Below are positions 7,936 through 16,567 of a stretch of 48,677 bases of DNA, in pieces. The position numbers were made by a program, and so were the translations under genes. The stretch spans positions 1-48,677 of the forward strand of contig JARLIG010000003.1 in assembly GCA_031291825.1 (NCBI GenBank), read 5' to 3'. Numbering within the stretch: the first letter of the stretch is position 1; every line of letters begins with the position of its first letter. The notes under the pieces are model-generated. The model searched no databases, had not been told where the DNA came from, and saw only the letters and a program-made list of their open reading frames with translations. Source of the DNA: Minisyncoccota bacterium. Its GTDB lineage: Bacteria > Patescibacteriota > Minisyncoccia > Phycocordibacterales > UBA9973.

Positions 7936-9681
7936 ATGCAGTCAGATGAAATCAGGTCAAGATTTTTAAAATTTTTTGAGAAGCGAGGACATAAAATAAT
8001 TCCTTCGTCTTCGTTGGTACCTGACAATGATCCTTCGGTGCTTTTCACGACGGCTGGAATGCATCCGCTCATACCGTATTTATTAGGAGAAGCCCATCCG
8101 ATGGGTATTCGTTTAGCAGATGTGCAGAAATGTGTTCGCACGCAAGACATCGACGAAGTCGGTGACAAAACTCATGACACTTTTTTTGAAATGATGGGTA
8201 ACTGGTCGCTCGGAGATTATTTTAAAAAAGACGCGATTAAATGGAGTTATGAATTTTTAACTTCCAAAGAAGAAGGATTGGGTCTTGATGCAGAAAGACT
8301 TTACTTTACATGTTTTGAAGGAGATGAAAATGCGCCAAAAGATACAGAGTCTGCAGAAGTTTGGGAATCTCTAGGCATATCAAAAGATAGAATTTATTTT
8401 TTAGGCGCTGGAGATAATTGGTGGAGTCCTGGAGACAATGGACCATGTGGACCAGATTCAGAGATGTTTTATGATTTAACAGGAGAACTCGGAGATTTAA
8501 CTAAAGAAGAATTTGAGAGTGGATGTGATGAACAAAAAATTGTTGAAATTTGGAACGATGTTTTCATGGAATACGAAAAGAAAGATGCAAAGATAATTGG
8601 TAAATTAAAAAAGCAAAATGTTGATACGGGTGCAGGCTTAGAAAGAATCTCTATGGTTATGCAAGAAACAGATAGTGTCTTCGAGACAGATTTATTTGTT
8701 CCGATAATGAATAAAATCAACGAGCTTACAGAATCTAGAGATGAAAGACCGAAAAGAATTGTTGCTGACCATATTCGTACAGCTGTTTTTATGATTAGTC
8801 ACGGAGTTATACCGTCAAATACTCATCGAGGTTATATTTTACGTAGATTACTTCGTCGCGCCGTTCGATATTCCGACATTTTGGATTTTAAGCATAACTC
8901 TCTTTTTTTTATAGCTGAAATAGTTATAGAAAAATACAAGAATATTTATCCTGAATTAAGTCAGCATTCCGAAGTTGTTAAAAAAGAAATAGATAAGGAA
9001 GAAAAAAGATTTAGAGAAACTCTAGCGAAAGGCATGAAAGAATTTGAAAGGGGGATAGACCCATTTGTTCTTTTTACAACCTATGGTTTTCCCATCGAAC
9101 TCACTATTGAATTGGCAAACGAAAAAGGAAAAAAAATAGATTTAGAAAATTTTAAAGAGAAAATGGCAGAACACCAAAAACTTTCCCAGACTTCTTCCGT
9201 GGGGATGTTTAAGGGTGGTTTGGCAAATCATAGCGAAAAAACAATTCGCTTACACACGGCGCATCATCTGCTTTTGGCTGGTCTTCAAGCGATTGTTGAT
9301 AAAAACATAAAACAGCGAGGCAGTAACATCACCGAGGAACGCTTGCGTATGGATTTTCTTTGCGACCACAAGCTGACAGATGAGGAAAAGCAAAAAGTTG
9401 AGGCTTGGGTGAATGATAAAATTAAACAAGGTCTTAATGTCATACGCAAGGAGATGCCTTTAATGGAAGCGGAAAAGATTGGCGCGGAAATGGAATTTGG
9501 TGCTAAATATCCAGCAGTCGTGTCTCTTTATTTTATAGAAGATAAGAATGGTAATCCTATTTCAAAGGAATTTTGCGGTGGTCCACACGTGAAAAACACC
9601 AGCGAGCTTGGTATTTTTAAAATTCAAAAAGAAGAAGCTGTAGCGCAAGGAATTAGACGTATAAAGGCCGTGCTTTTGTAA
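7936..9681 (+). CDS. alaS: Alanine--tRNA ligase, compact form (581 aa)
   Basis: FTTAGM, WSLGDYFK, GPCGPDSEMFYD, DTGAGLERI, then HTAHHLL and CGGPHV of the editing core. No C-Ala domain. Confidence 0.88.
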   Translation: MQSDEIRSRFLKFFEKRGHKIIPSSSLVPDNDPSVLFTTAGMHPLIPYLLGEAHPMGIRLADVQKCVRTQDIDEVGDKTHDTFFEMMGNWSLGDYFKKDAIKWSYEFLTSKEEGLGLDAERLYFTCFEGDENAPKDTESAEVWESLGISKDRIYFLGAGDNWWSPGDNGPCGPDSEMFYDLTGELGDLTKEEFESGCDEQKIVEIWNDVFMEYEKKDAKIIGKLKKQNVDTGAGLERISMVMQETDSVFETDLFVPIMNKINELTESRDERPKRIVADHIRTAVFMISHGVIPSNTHRGYILRRLLRRAVRYSDILDFKHNSLFFIAEIVIEKYKNIYPELSQHSEVVKKEIDKEEKRFRETLAKGMKEFERGIDPFVLFTTYGFPIELTIELANEKGKKIDLENFKEKMAEHQKLSQTSSVGMFKGGLANHSEKTIRLHTAHHLLLAGLQAIVDKNIKQRGSNITEERLRMDFLCDHKLTDEEKQKVEAWVNDKIKQGLNVIRKEMPLMEAEKIGAEMEFGAKYPAVVSLYFIEDKNGNPISKEFCGGPHVKNTSELGIFKIQKEEAVAQGIRRIKAVLL

Positions 9682-9699
9682 CCCTTTTTGTATTTTTTG

Positions 9700-9708
9700 T
9701 GATACAAT
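9700..9708 (+). promoter_or_regulatory. Extended -10 TGaTACAAT, 7 nt upstream of ATG 9716
   Basis: TGATACAAT-tagccaa-ATG. Confidence 0.45.
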
Positions 9709-9715
9709 TAGCCAA

Positions 9716-10909
9716 ATGGGAATTTTTTCAAAAAATAAAAATAAATTAATTTTAGTTTTTAATGTTGGTTCCTCAAATATTAGCGGAGCTCTTTTTTGGG
9801 CGCAAAATTCTGGTATTCCAAAAATAATTTTTTCCGACATTGAACCGATTCACATAGAAGACAAGCTTGATATTAATAAGTTTTTATCTTCAGCAATGCA
9901 ATCCTTAGATGCGGTGGCTGGTCGGATTCGCAAGGCTAATATGGGCACCCCACAAGAAGTTTTTTGTGTTTTATCTTCACCTTGGCATGTTTCTCAAACA
10001 CGCATAATTAATTTCAAGAAAAACACGCCCTTTATTTTTACAGCAAGGTTGGCTGAGAGTTTAGTGCAAAAAGAAATCAGTCTCTTTGAAGAAGAAAATT
10101 TAAAGAAAGACTCAAACGCGGATACTGCTAATCGCACGATTGAAGTTAAAAATATAAAAACCATTTTAAATGGCTACGAAACATCCGAGCCTTTAAATCA
10201 AAAAACTAAAGAATTAGAAATGACGGTTTTTATTTCTTTTGGTGAGGAAAAATTTCTAAAAACAATAGAAGATAATATTGCAAAATATTTTCACTTTAAC
10301 CAAATAAGATTCTCTTCTTTTTCCTTGGCATTTTTTACTATTGTAAGAGATATGTATATTCAAAAAGAAAATTTTCTTCTGCTTGATATTGGTGGGGAAG
10401 TTACAAGTATTTCTATGGTAAAAAAGAATATTCTCCGTGAAGGCATAACCTTTCCGATTGGGCGTAACTTTTTTACCCGTGGTGTTGCCAGAGATTTAGG
10501 ATGCACCTTGAGTGAAGCTGGGTCCCTAATTTCTCTTTTTAAAGATGGTCACGCAGAAGAATCTGTAGCAGCGAAGATGACTATAACTATGGGTCAGCTC
10601 AGAACCGAGTGGTTAAAAAGTTTTCAGGAATCTCTAGCAAATCTTTCCAATGACATCTCTATTCCTGCGACTATCTACCTATCCACTGATAAAGATTTAG
10701 CAGATTTTTTCTGTCAAACCATAAAGTCTGAACAGTTTAATCAATACACTTTAACTGAGTCAAAATTTGAAATTATTTTTTTAGACACCTCAGTATTTCA
10801 TGGAATTGCAGTCTTTGCTGAACCAGCAATTCGTGAACCAACACTTATCATCAATTCTGTTTATATTAATCGTTTTTTAATTTACCCCGCCACAATGGGG
10901 CGAGTATAA
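9716..10909 (+). CDS. Actin-fold ATPase-like protein (FtsA/PilM-like, divergent)
   Basis: LLLDIGGEVTSISMV resembles the phosphate-2 DxGG motif, and the N-terminal LVFNVGSSNISGA is phosphate-1-like. Otherwise divergent. Confidence 0.4.
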   Translation: MGIFSKNKNKLILVFNVGSSNISGALFWAQNSGIPKIIFSDIEPIHIEDKLDINKFLSSAMQSLDAVAGRIRKANMGTPQEVFCVLSSPWHVSQTRIINFKKNTPFIFTARLAESLVQKEISLFEEENLKKDSNADTANRTIEVKNIKTILNGYETSEPLNQKTKELEMTVFISFGEEKFLKTIEDNIAKYFHFNQIRFSSFSLAFFTIVRDMYIQKENFLLLDIGGEVTSISMVKKNILREGITFPIGRNFFTRGVARDLGCTLSEAGSLISLFKDGHAEESVAAKMTITMGQLRTEWLKSFQESLANLSNDISIPATIYLSTDKDLADFFCQTIKSEQFNQYTLTESKFEIIFLDTSVFHGIAVFAEPAIREPTLIINSVYINRFLIYPATMGRV

Positions 10910-10912
10910 ATT

Positions 10913-12283
10913 ATGCCAAAACATTTTTTAGAAGATATGGTTAAAAATAAGCGTGCTAAGGAAGATTTCAGGGAAGAACCTGAACCTAAAAGAGAAATAC
11001 AATACGTTGATACCATGGAAATAGAAACTAATTATAATCCGCAAAAATCACGTTACTTGCTTTGGTTCGTGGCGCTTGTTTCGGTTATTTTTTGCTTCTT
11101 TGCTGTTTCTTTTTTGTTCTCTAAAGCACAGATTGTTGTTAATCCAAAAACTGAAAGTGTTGTTTTAAACGAAAGTGTATTAGCCGACAAGGATTCAGAC
11201 GCCAATGGAATGTCTTTTGATTTAGTGGTTATTCCCGGACAAGAAAGTAAAACTATTCAAGTGAGTGGCGAAAAAAGTGTTTCCACTGCCGCTACTGGGT
11301 CAGTTTTAATTTTTAATGCTTATAGCGCTTCTCCGCAAAGGCTTGATATTGATACTAGACTGGTTGGTTCCAACGGAAAACTTTATAAAACGCAAGTAGC
11401 CACTATTGTTCCAGGAATGAACAAAAACGGCACTCCGGGACAAGTTTCTGTGGGTATTTATGCAGCCGAGCCTGGACCAGATTATAATAGTTCATCAACA
11501 ATCAGTTTTACAATTTTTGGTTTTAAAGGAACTCCAAAATATTCTAAATTTATGGCAGTGTCCGAAAAAGGAACTGTCATATCTGGCGGCTTCATTGGTC
11601 AAGCTCCGGATATTTCTCCGACCGACCAAAGCACGGCCTTGAGTGATATGAAAACTATCTTGCAAACAGATTTGGTCAATAAAGCTACTGCTCAGATTCC
11701 CGACGGGTTTATTCTTTTCAATAATGCTGTTGTTGTAAATACCGATGATGCAAACATGTCCTCAGTTTACAATCCAAACAATACGGCAACGATGACACTT
11801 ACTGGAACTTTATATGGCATTATTTTAAGTGAAGCAGAATTAACAAAAAAAATCGCGACAGATAATATTCAAAATTATGATGGTAGTGATGTTTACATAC
11901 CAGATATAAAAAATCTTACTTTCTCTTTATCTCCTGCCAGCGCAAGTGGGACGCAGACAGGTTCAACACCAGTAACTTCAACTACTGTAATTACTCCAAC
12001 AACCAATGCACCAGTAGTTTTGCCAAACACAACCGCCAATTCTTTAGTCGATGCGCAAAGTATAAATTTCAACTTATCTGGTACAGCCACAATCGTTTGG
12101 AAGCTTGATGAAAATAAATTTATTAATGATTTATTGGGTAAATCAAAAAAGGATTTTACGCAGATATTGTCTCAATATCCAAACATCAATTCTGCCACCT
12201 TAAATCTAAGCCCTTTTTGGAAGATGTCTATTCCAAATCAAGCTAAGGACGTAAAAGTAATTGTGAATTACCCGCAGTCTTGA
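10913..12283 (+). CDS. Hypothetical membrane-anchored protein with Ser/Thr-rich extracytoplasmic region
   Basis: Single TM helix YLLWFVALVSVIFCFFAVSFLF after a charged N-terminus. Thr/Ser/Pro-rich stretch near residue 340. Starts 3 nt after the upstream gene. Confidence 0.55.
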   Translation: MPKHFLEDMVKNKRAKEDFREEPEPKREIQYVDTMEIETNYNPQKSRYLLWFVALVSVIFCFFAVSFLFSKAQIVVNPKTESVVLNESVLADKDSDANGMSFDLVVIPGQESKTIQVSGEKSVSTAATGSVLIFNAYSASPQRLDIDTRLVGSNGKLYKTQVATIVPGMNKNGTPGQVSVGIYAAEPGPDYNSSSTISFTIFGFKGTPKYSKFMAVSEKGTVISGGFIGQAPDISPTDQSTALSDMKTILQTDLVNKATAQIPDGFILFNNAVVVNTDDANMSSVYNPNNTATMTLTGTLYGIILSEAELTKKIATDNIQNYDGSDVYIPDIKNLTFSLSPASASGTQTGSTPVTSTTVITPTTNAPVVLPNTTANSLVDAQSINFNLSGTATIVWKLDENKFINDLLGKSKKDFTQILSQYPNINSATLNLSPFWKMSIPNQAKDVKVIVNYPQS

Positions 12284-12320
12284 CGTCAGCATTTAATTTT
12301 ATTATAATTGCATTCTATAC

Positions 12321-12554
12321 ATGAGTGATTCAAAAAATGAAAAAATTGTGACGGCAAGAGGAGTAGTCACTGAAGCGCTTCCTTCCACTTTATTTAGAGT
12401 GAAAATTGAAGATAAGGTAGAGGATGGAAAAGAAATTTTGGCTTACTTGGGTGGTAAGATGCGGATGCACAGAATTAAGGTTTTAATCGGAGATTCAGTT
12501 GAAGTCGTGCTAGATCCTTATGGTGGAAAGGGAAGAATAGTGAAAAGATTATAA
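12321..12554 (+). CDS. infA: Translation initiation factor IF-1
   Basis: S1-like OB fold: GVVTEALPSTLFRVKIED...GKMRMHRIKVLIGDSVEV. Confidence 0.9.
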   Translation: MSDSKNEKIVTARGVVTEALPSTLFRVKIEDKVEDGKEILAYLGGKMRMHRIKVLIGDSVEVVLDPYGGKGRIVKRL

Positions 12555-12709
12555 AGGACTTGTTATTTTTAAAGGAATAGTGTATTATAGTGCTTACTGT
12601 TCAATTGGAATTTTAAAAAGTTATAGCATTGATAAATAAGGGTTTTTTCCTTGTTTTTCTTTATGTTATGGCTAAACGTTGTATTTGAAAATATATTTGA
12701 AAAATTTTT

Positions 12710-12820
12710 ATGAAAATAAAATCAGCTGTAAAAAAAATTTGTGATAATTGTAAAATGGTCAAACGGGCCAGGCATTTAAGAATAATTTGTACTAATCCTA
12801 AGCACAAACAAAAACAATAA
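12710..12820 (+). CDS. rpmJ: 50S ribosomal protein L36 (absent from the supplied ORF track, 36 aa)
   Basis: Hand translation [36 protein letters not shown] with the CxxC...C...H zinc-ribbon pattern. Ends 3 nt before rpsM, the canonical position. Confidence 0.9.
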   Translation: MKIKSAVKKICDNCKMVKRARHLRIICTNPKHKQKQ

Positions 12821-12823
12821 TTT

Positions 12824-13204
12824 ATGAGAATATTAGGAATCACTGTACCAAATGAAAAAAGACTGGAGATAGGACTGACTTGCCTATATGGTATTGGTAT
12901 TCCTCGAGCTAGAAAAATTTTAGACCAAGTTGGCATCGATCGTGGTAAGAAAGCGAAAGACTTAACTCTAGATGAAGAGAATATTATTCGTGGAGTTGTC
13001 GAAAAAATCTTAATTGAAGGAAATCTAAGACGTGAAATAGCTTCTAATATTAAACGTCTGAAAGATATCAAAAGTTACCGAGGTGTTCGCCACATGAAGA
13101 GATTACCAGTTCGAGGACAACGCACCAAGACAAACTCACGCACTGTTCGAGGCAATGTCAGAAAGACAATGGCGTCTGGTAAGAGAAAGGAAAGTAAGAC
13201 ATAA
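12824..13204 (+). CDS. rpsM: 30S ribosomal protein S13
   Basis: MRILGITVPNEKRLEIGLTCLYGIG and a basic C-terminus. Confidence 0.95.
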   Translation: MRILGITVPNEKRLEIGLTCLYGIGIPRARKILDQVGIDRGKKAKDLTLDEENIIRGVVEKILIEGNLRREIASNIKRLKDIKSYRGVRHMKRLPVRGQRTKTNSRTVRGNVRKTMASGKRKESKT

Positions 13205-13210
13205 AAAATA

Positions 13211-13236
13211 AATTACGAATTATCAATTACGAATTA
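13211..13236 (+). repeat. AATTACGAATTA repeat pair (ATTACGA-type heptamer repeat)
   Basis: AATTACGAATTA at 13211-13222 and 13225-13236, between rpsM and rpsK. Confidence 0.7.
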
Positions 13237-13239
13237 AGA

Positions 13240-13677
13240 ATGCCTAAAACAAAAATTACAACCGAAGAAGTTAAGAAAGAAGAGAATGGAGAGGAAATCA
13301 AAAAGGCTCCATCGAAAACACCAAAGAAAAAAATTACTTCTGGTGTTTTACACGTTGAGGCTACCTTCAACAACACGAAGGTTCTTTTCTCTGATAAATT
13401 AGGTAACACTTTGTTTTGGGGAAGTGCTGGAGCGATGGGTTTCAGAGGAGCTAAGAAAGGAACTCCATTTGCCGCTTCAAAAGTTGGCGATGTGATTGGT
13501 AGTAAGGCATCAATTCTTGGAGTTAAAGATGCAGATGTGGTTGTTTTAGGAGTTGGTTCTGGACGTGAACCAGCTATTCGAGCCTTTATGGCCCATGGGA
13601 TTGACATTACTTCCATTTTAGATGCTACACCTGTACCACACAACGGACCAAAAGCTAAAAAGCCAAGACGAGTATAA
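13240..13677 (+). CDS. rpsK: 30S ribosomal protein S11 with Lys/Glu-rich N-terminal extension
   Basis: VLHVEATFNNT...GFRGAKKGTPFAA...PHNGPKAKKPRRV. Confidence 0.95.
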   Translation: MPKTKITTEEVKKEENGEEIKKAPSKTPKKKITSGVLHVEATFNNTKVLFSDKLGNTLFWGSAGAMGFRGAKKGTPFAASKVGDVIGSKASILGVKDADVVVLGVGSGREPAIRAFMAHGIDITSILDATPVPHNGPKAKKPRRV

Positions 13678-13681
13678 AAAT

Positions 13682-13710
13682 AATTACGAATTATTAATTA
13701 CGAATTACGA
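13682..13710 (+). repeat. AATTACGAATTA / (ATTACGA)n repeat
   Basis: AATTACGAATTA at 13682-13693 and AATTACGAATTACGA at 13696-13710, between rpsK and rpsD. Confidence 0.7.
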
Positions 13711-13716
13711 AAAAAC

Positions 13717-14319
13717 ATGATATCCAAGCCAAAATTTAAAATTTGTAGAAGACTAGGTCCAGGAGTTTATGACAAATGTCAAACTGCTAAGTTTGCTTCG
13801 TCCGCTACAAAGACTCTTCCTGGAGGTAAGCGTCCAAAAGCTCCTACTGAATACGGCACACAGCTTATTGAAAAACAAAAAATTCGTTTTTCTTATGGTA
13901 TCTCTGAACGTCAACTTTCCAACTATGTAAAAAAGGCTTCTAGTACAAAAGGCACTGGTACAGCAGAAAAACTTTATGAAAGTTTGGAATCTCGCCTAGA
14001 CAACGTAGTTTATAAAATGGGCTTGGGCGCAAGCCGACGTGCTACCAGACAAATGGTTTCTCATGGACACTTTATCGTAAATAATCACCGAGTTACTATC
14101 CCTTCCTATGAATTAAAGACTGGTGATGTTATAAAAATCCGTGAAGGTTCTAAGAGCAGTAAACTTTTTACAAACTTGTCCGACCGCTTAAAAGATTACA
14201 ACGGTCCAGCTTGGGTAAGGTTTGATGTTGGAACCCTGGAAGGCAAAGTTTTAGATAAACCAAAAAACATTGAAACATTTTTAGATATTAACGCGGTGCT
14301 CGAATTTTATAGTCGATAA
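13717..14319 (+). CDS. rpsD: 30S ribosomal protein S4
   Basis: S4 RNA-binding domain RLDNVVYKMGLGASRRATRQMVSHGHFIVNN. Confidence 0.95.
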   Translation: MISKPKFKICRRLGPGVYDKCQTAKFASSATKTLPGGKRPKAPTEYGTQLIEKQKIRFSYGISERQLSNYVKKASSTKGTGTAEKLYESLESRLDNVVYKMGLGASRRATRQMVSHGHFIVNNHRVTIPSYELKTGDVIKIREGSKSSKLFTNLSDRLKDYNGPAWVRFDVGTLEGKVLDKPKNIETFLDINAVLEFYSR

Positions 14320-14329
14320 TTTTATTATT

Positions 14330-14348
14330 TTTTCGCCCTTGGCGAAAA
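14330..14348 (+). other. Short hairpin between rpsD and rpoA (function unclear)
   Basis: TTTTCGCC-CTT-GGCGAAAA, an 8-bp stem. No downstream T-tract, so not a classical terminator. Confidence 0.3.
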
Positions 14349-14381
14349 GTTGTTATATTAAAAGTTTAAAATATAAAAAAT

Positions 14382-15350
14382 ATGCCTGAATATAAAATAA
14401 TTATGCCTTCTAAACCTCGTGTAGTTGTGGAAGAAGGAAATAAGGGAGTATTTGAAATCGATGGTTTGTCGCCTGGATATGGGCACACACTCGGAAACAG
14501 CTTGAGAAGAATAATCCTTTCTTCTTTGCCAGGTGCGAGCGTTACCTCTATTAAGATTGATGGTATCTCACATGAATTTCAGACAATGGATGGCATTAAA
14601 GAAGATGTCATTGTGATGATTTTAAATTTAAAGAAGACTCGTTTTAAAATGCTTTCTGATGAACCACAGACGGTGATGCTTTCTGTGAAGGGCCCGAAAG
14701 AAATTTTAGCTTCTGATATCAAGACCGGCGGACAGGTTGAAATTTTAAATCCTGAATTACACATTGCGGAAGTTACTGGCAAAGTAAATTTGAATATTGA
14801 AATGAAGATTGAAAAAGGCCTAGGCTTTATTCCAAAAGAAATTTTTCAAAAAGATAAAGTAGACGTCGGCACGATTGCTGTGGATGCTATCTTTACTCCG
14901 ATTCGTCGAGTATCTTACGAAGTTGAAAATATGCGTGTTGGCGATAAGACCAACCACAATCGTCTACGTATCTCGATTGAGACAGATGGCACTTTAACTG
15001 CTCGTGAAGCCCTCTCTCGTTCTATAGAAATCATGATTAATCAGTTGAAGGCGATTATTGATTTCAAGGAACCCGAAGAAGAAGTTAAGACTGAAAAAGA
15101 TTCTGACAAAAATGAGGATAAAAAAGATGAAAAGAAAGGTGACTTTGCAGATGTTTTAAAGACCCGCACTGATAGCCTAGACCTTTCCACTCGCACATTA
15201 AATGCTTTAACTGGCGCAAATATTCGAACTCTTGGTGGGCTCGCTCGCAAGAAGAGAGAAGACCTGCTTGAAGTCGAAGGCATTGGCGAGAAGGGAATTA
15301 CAGAGATTAAAAAAGTTTTAAACAAATTCGGTTTGAATTTGAAAGAATAA
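14382..15350 (+). CDS. rpoA: DNA-directed RNA polymerase alpha subunit
   Basis: The N-terminal domain includes GHTLGNSLRR. The C-terminal HhH region reads LDLSTRTLNALTGANIRTLGGL. The linker is acidic and Lys-rich. Confidence 0.93.
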   Translation: MPEYKIIMPSKPRVVVEEGNKGVFEIDGLSPGYGHTLGNSLRRIILSSLPGASVTSIKIDGISHEFQTMDGIKEDVIVMILNLKKTRFKMLSDEPQTVMLSVKGPKEILASDIKTGGQVEILNPELHIAEVTGKVNLNIEMKIEKGLGFIPKEIFQKDKVDVGTIAVDAIFTPIRRVSYEVENMRVGDKTNHNRLRISIETDGTLTAREALSRSIEIMINQLKAIIDFKEPEEEVKTEKDSDKNEDKKDEKKGDFADVLKTRTDSLDLSTRTLNALTGANIRTLGGLARKKREDLLEVEGIGEKGITEIKKVLNKFGLNLKE

Positions 15351-15353
15351 TTT

Positions 15354-15707
15354 ATGCGACACCACAATAACGTAAGAAAATTCGGACGAGATAAATCACA
15401 AAAGAAAGCGTTGCTTAACTCTTTAGCGCTCAATTTGATTGTACGAGAAAAAATCAAGACCACTGAACCAAAAGCAAAAGAACTAAGACCATTTATTGAA
15501 AAGCTTATTACTGCTGCCAAGAAGGGTGACCTAGCGACTCGCCGAGTAGTTATTTCCAAACTTTCAAACCGCAAACCAGAAGTCAAGAAACTTTTTGAAG
15601 TTTTAGCGCCAAAATATAAGGATATTAAAGGAGGATATACCCGAGTTTTAAAATTAGGAGCCAGAAAGTCGGACGGCGCCAAAATGGCAATTATTGAATT
15701 TGTATAA
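15354..15707 (+). CDS. rplQ: 50S ribosomal protein L17
   Basis: MRHHNNVRKFGRDKSQKKALL...IKTTEPKAKELRPFIEKLIT. Confidence 0.93.
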   Translation: MRHHNNVRKFGRDKSQKKALLNSLALNLIVREKIKTTEPKAKELRPFIEKLITAAKKGDLATRRVVISKLSNRKPEVKKLFEVLAPKYKDIKGGYTRVLKLGARKSDGAKMAIIEFV

Positions 15708-16084
15708 TGAAAACAGAAAAAAACAAAACTAAAGATGTAGCTATTAAAACCATTGATGCCAGTGGACGAACCTTAGGCAGAGTTGCCAGCGAAGCTGCGA
15801 TGACGCTCATGGGCAAGACCAAGCCAACTTTCGAACGCAACGTTTACTCTGGTTTTCCAGTAAAAATAATCAATGCTTCCAAGCTCAGTATTACTGCGAA
15901 AAAATTGGAAGAAATTTATCACACCAGATATTCCGGCATTCCAGGCGGTTTGCGTATTTTGAAAGGTACTGAAACAGCTGAGAAGCGAGGATTAAAAGAA
16001 TTGATTCGTATGGCTACTACTCAGATGCTTCCAGGTAATAAATTGCGCCGAGTTATGGTTAAACATTTAACAATAGAAGATTAA
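15707..16084 (+). CDS. rplM: 50S ribosomal protein L13 (short form)
   Basis: IDASGRTLGRVASEAAMTLMGKTKPTF...VKIINASK...HTRYSGIPGG. Confidence 0.9.
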   Translation: MKTEKNKTKDVAIKTIDASGRTLGRVASEAAMTLMGKTKPTFERNVYSGFPVKIINASKLSITAKKLEEIYHTRYSGIPGGLRILKGTETAEKRGLKELIRMATTQMLPGNKLRRVMVKHLTIED

Positions 16085-16087
16085 TAT

Positions 16088-16516
16088 ATGGATAAAGAAC
16101 TAAAAGAAGGAAAATATATTGAGGCTGTAGGAAGACGCAAAACTTCTACTGCTCGAGTACGTATTTCGAAAAGTGCTAAGGCGCATTTTATCGTAAATGG
16201 AGTAGATGCTAAGGAATATTTCAAGACCGAAGATCAACGCCGTTTAATTTTAGACCCGATGGTCAAAGGAATACCAGCTGGCGAGGGAAAGGCAGATACA
16301 AAGTGGAGTGTTGATGTACGTGTTTCTGGTGGAGGAATTCACTCTCAGTCTGAAGCAGTTCGTCATGGATTGTCTCGTGCACTCGTTGAATCAGATATAA
16401 CTCTTCGTGGAGAATTGAAATCATTAGGATTTTTGAAACGAGATCCTAGAGCTAAGGAACGCCGTAAGTTCGGTCTCAAAAAAGCAAGAAAGGCGCCGCA
16501 ATGGTCAAAACGTTAA
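16088..16516 (+). CDS. rpsI: 30S ribosomal protein S9
   Basis: GGGIHSQSEAVRHGLSRAL...LKRDPRAKERRKFGLKKARKAPQWSKR. Confidence 0.95.
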   Translation: MDKELKEGKYIEAVGRRKTSTARVRISKSAKAHFIVNGVDAKEYFKTEDQRRLILDPMVKGIPAGEGKADTKWSVDVRVSGGGIHSQSEAVRHGLSRALVESDITLRGELKSLGFLKRDPRAKERRKFGLKKARKAPQWSKR

Positions 16517-16522
16517 TTATTC

Positions 16523-16555
16523 AAAACACCCCTTTAAGAAGGGGTGTTTTTATGT
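16523..16555 (+). terminator. Rho-independent terminator after rpsI
   Basis: AAAACACCCC-TTTAAGAA-GGGGTGTTTT followed by T. Confidence 0.7.
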
Positions 16556-16561
16556 TATATT
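16553..16561 (+). promoter_or_regulatory. Extended -10 TGtTATATT, 6 nt upstream of grpE ATG 16568
   Basis: TGTTATATT-gtctat-ATG. Confidence 0.5.
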
Positions 16562-16567
16562 GTCTAT

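Noticed and set aside
12661-13643. Minus-strand ORFs of 136 and 138 aa
   Set aside because: Antisense to rpmJ/rpsM and to rpsK respectively. The ribosomal protein calls are unambiguous.
15041-15682. 213-aa minus-strand ORF
   Set aside because: It is antisense to rpoA/rplQ, has a Ser/Phe/Leu-rich low-complexity translation, and is a shadow ORF of highly confident genes.
16544-16567. GTG 16544 as the grpE start (ORF track)
   Set aside because: The GTG lies inside the rpsI terminator stem. ATG 16568 sits 6 nt after an extended -10 box and gives a normal MADDEIKK N-terminus.
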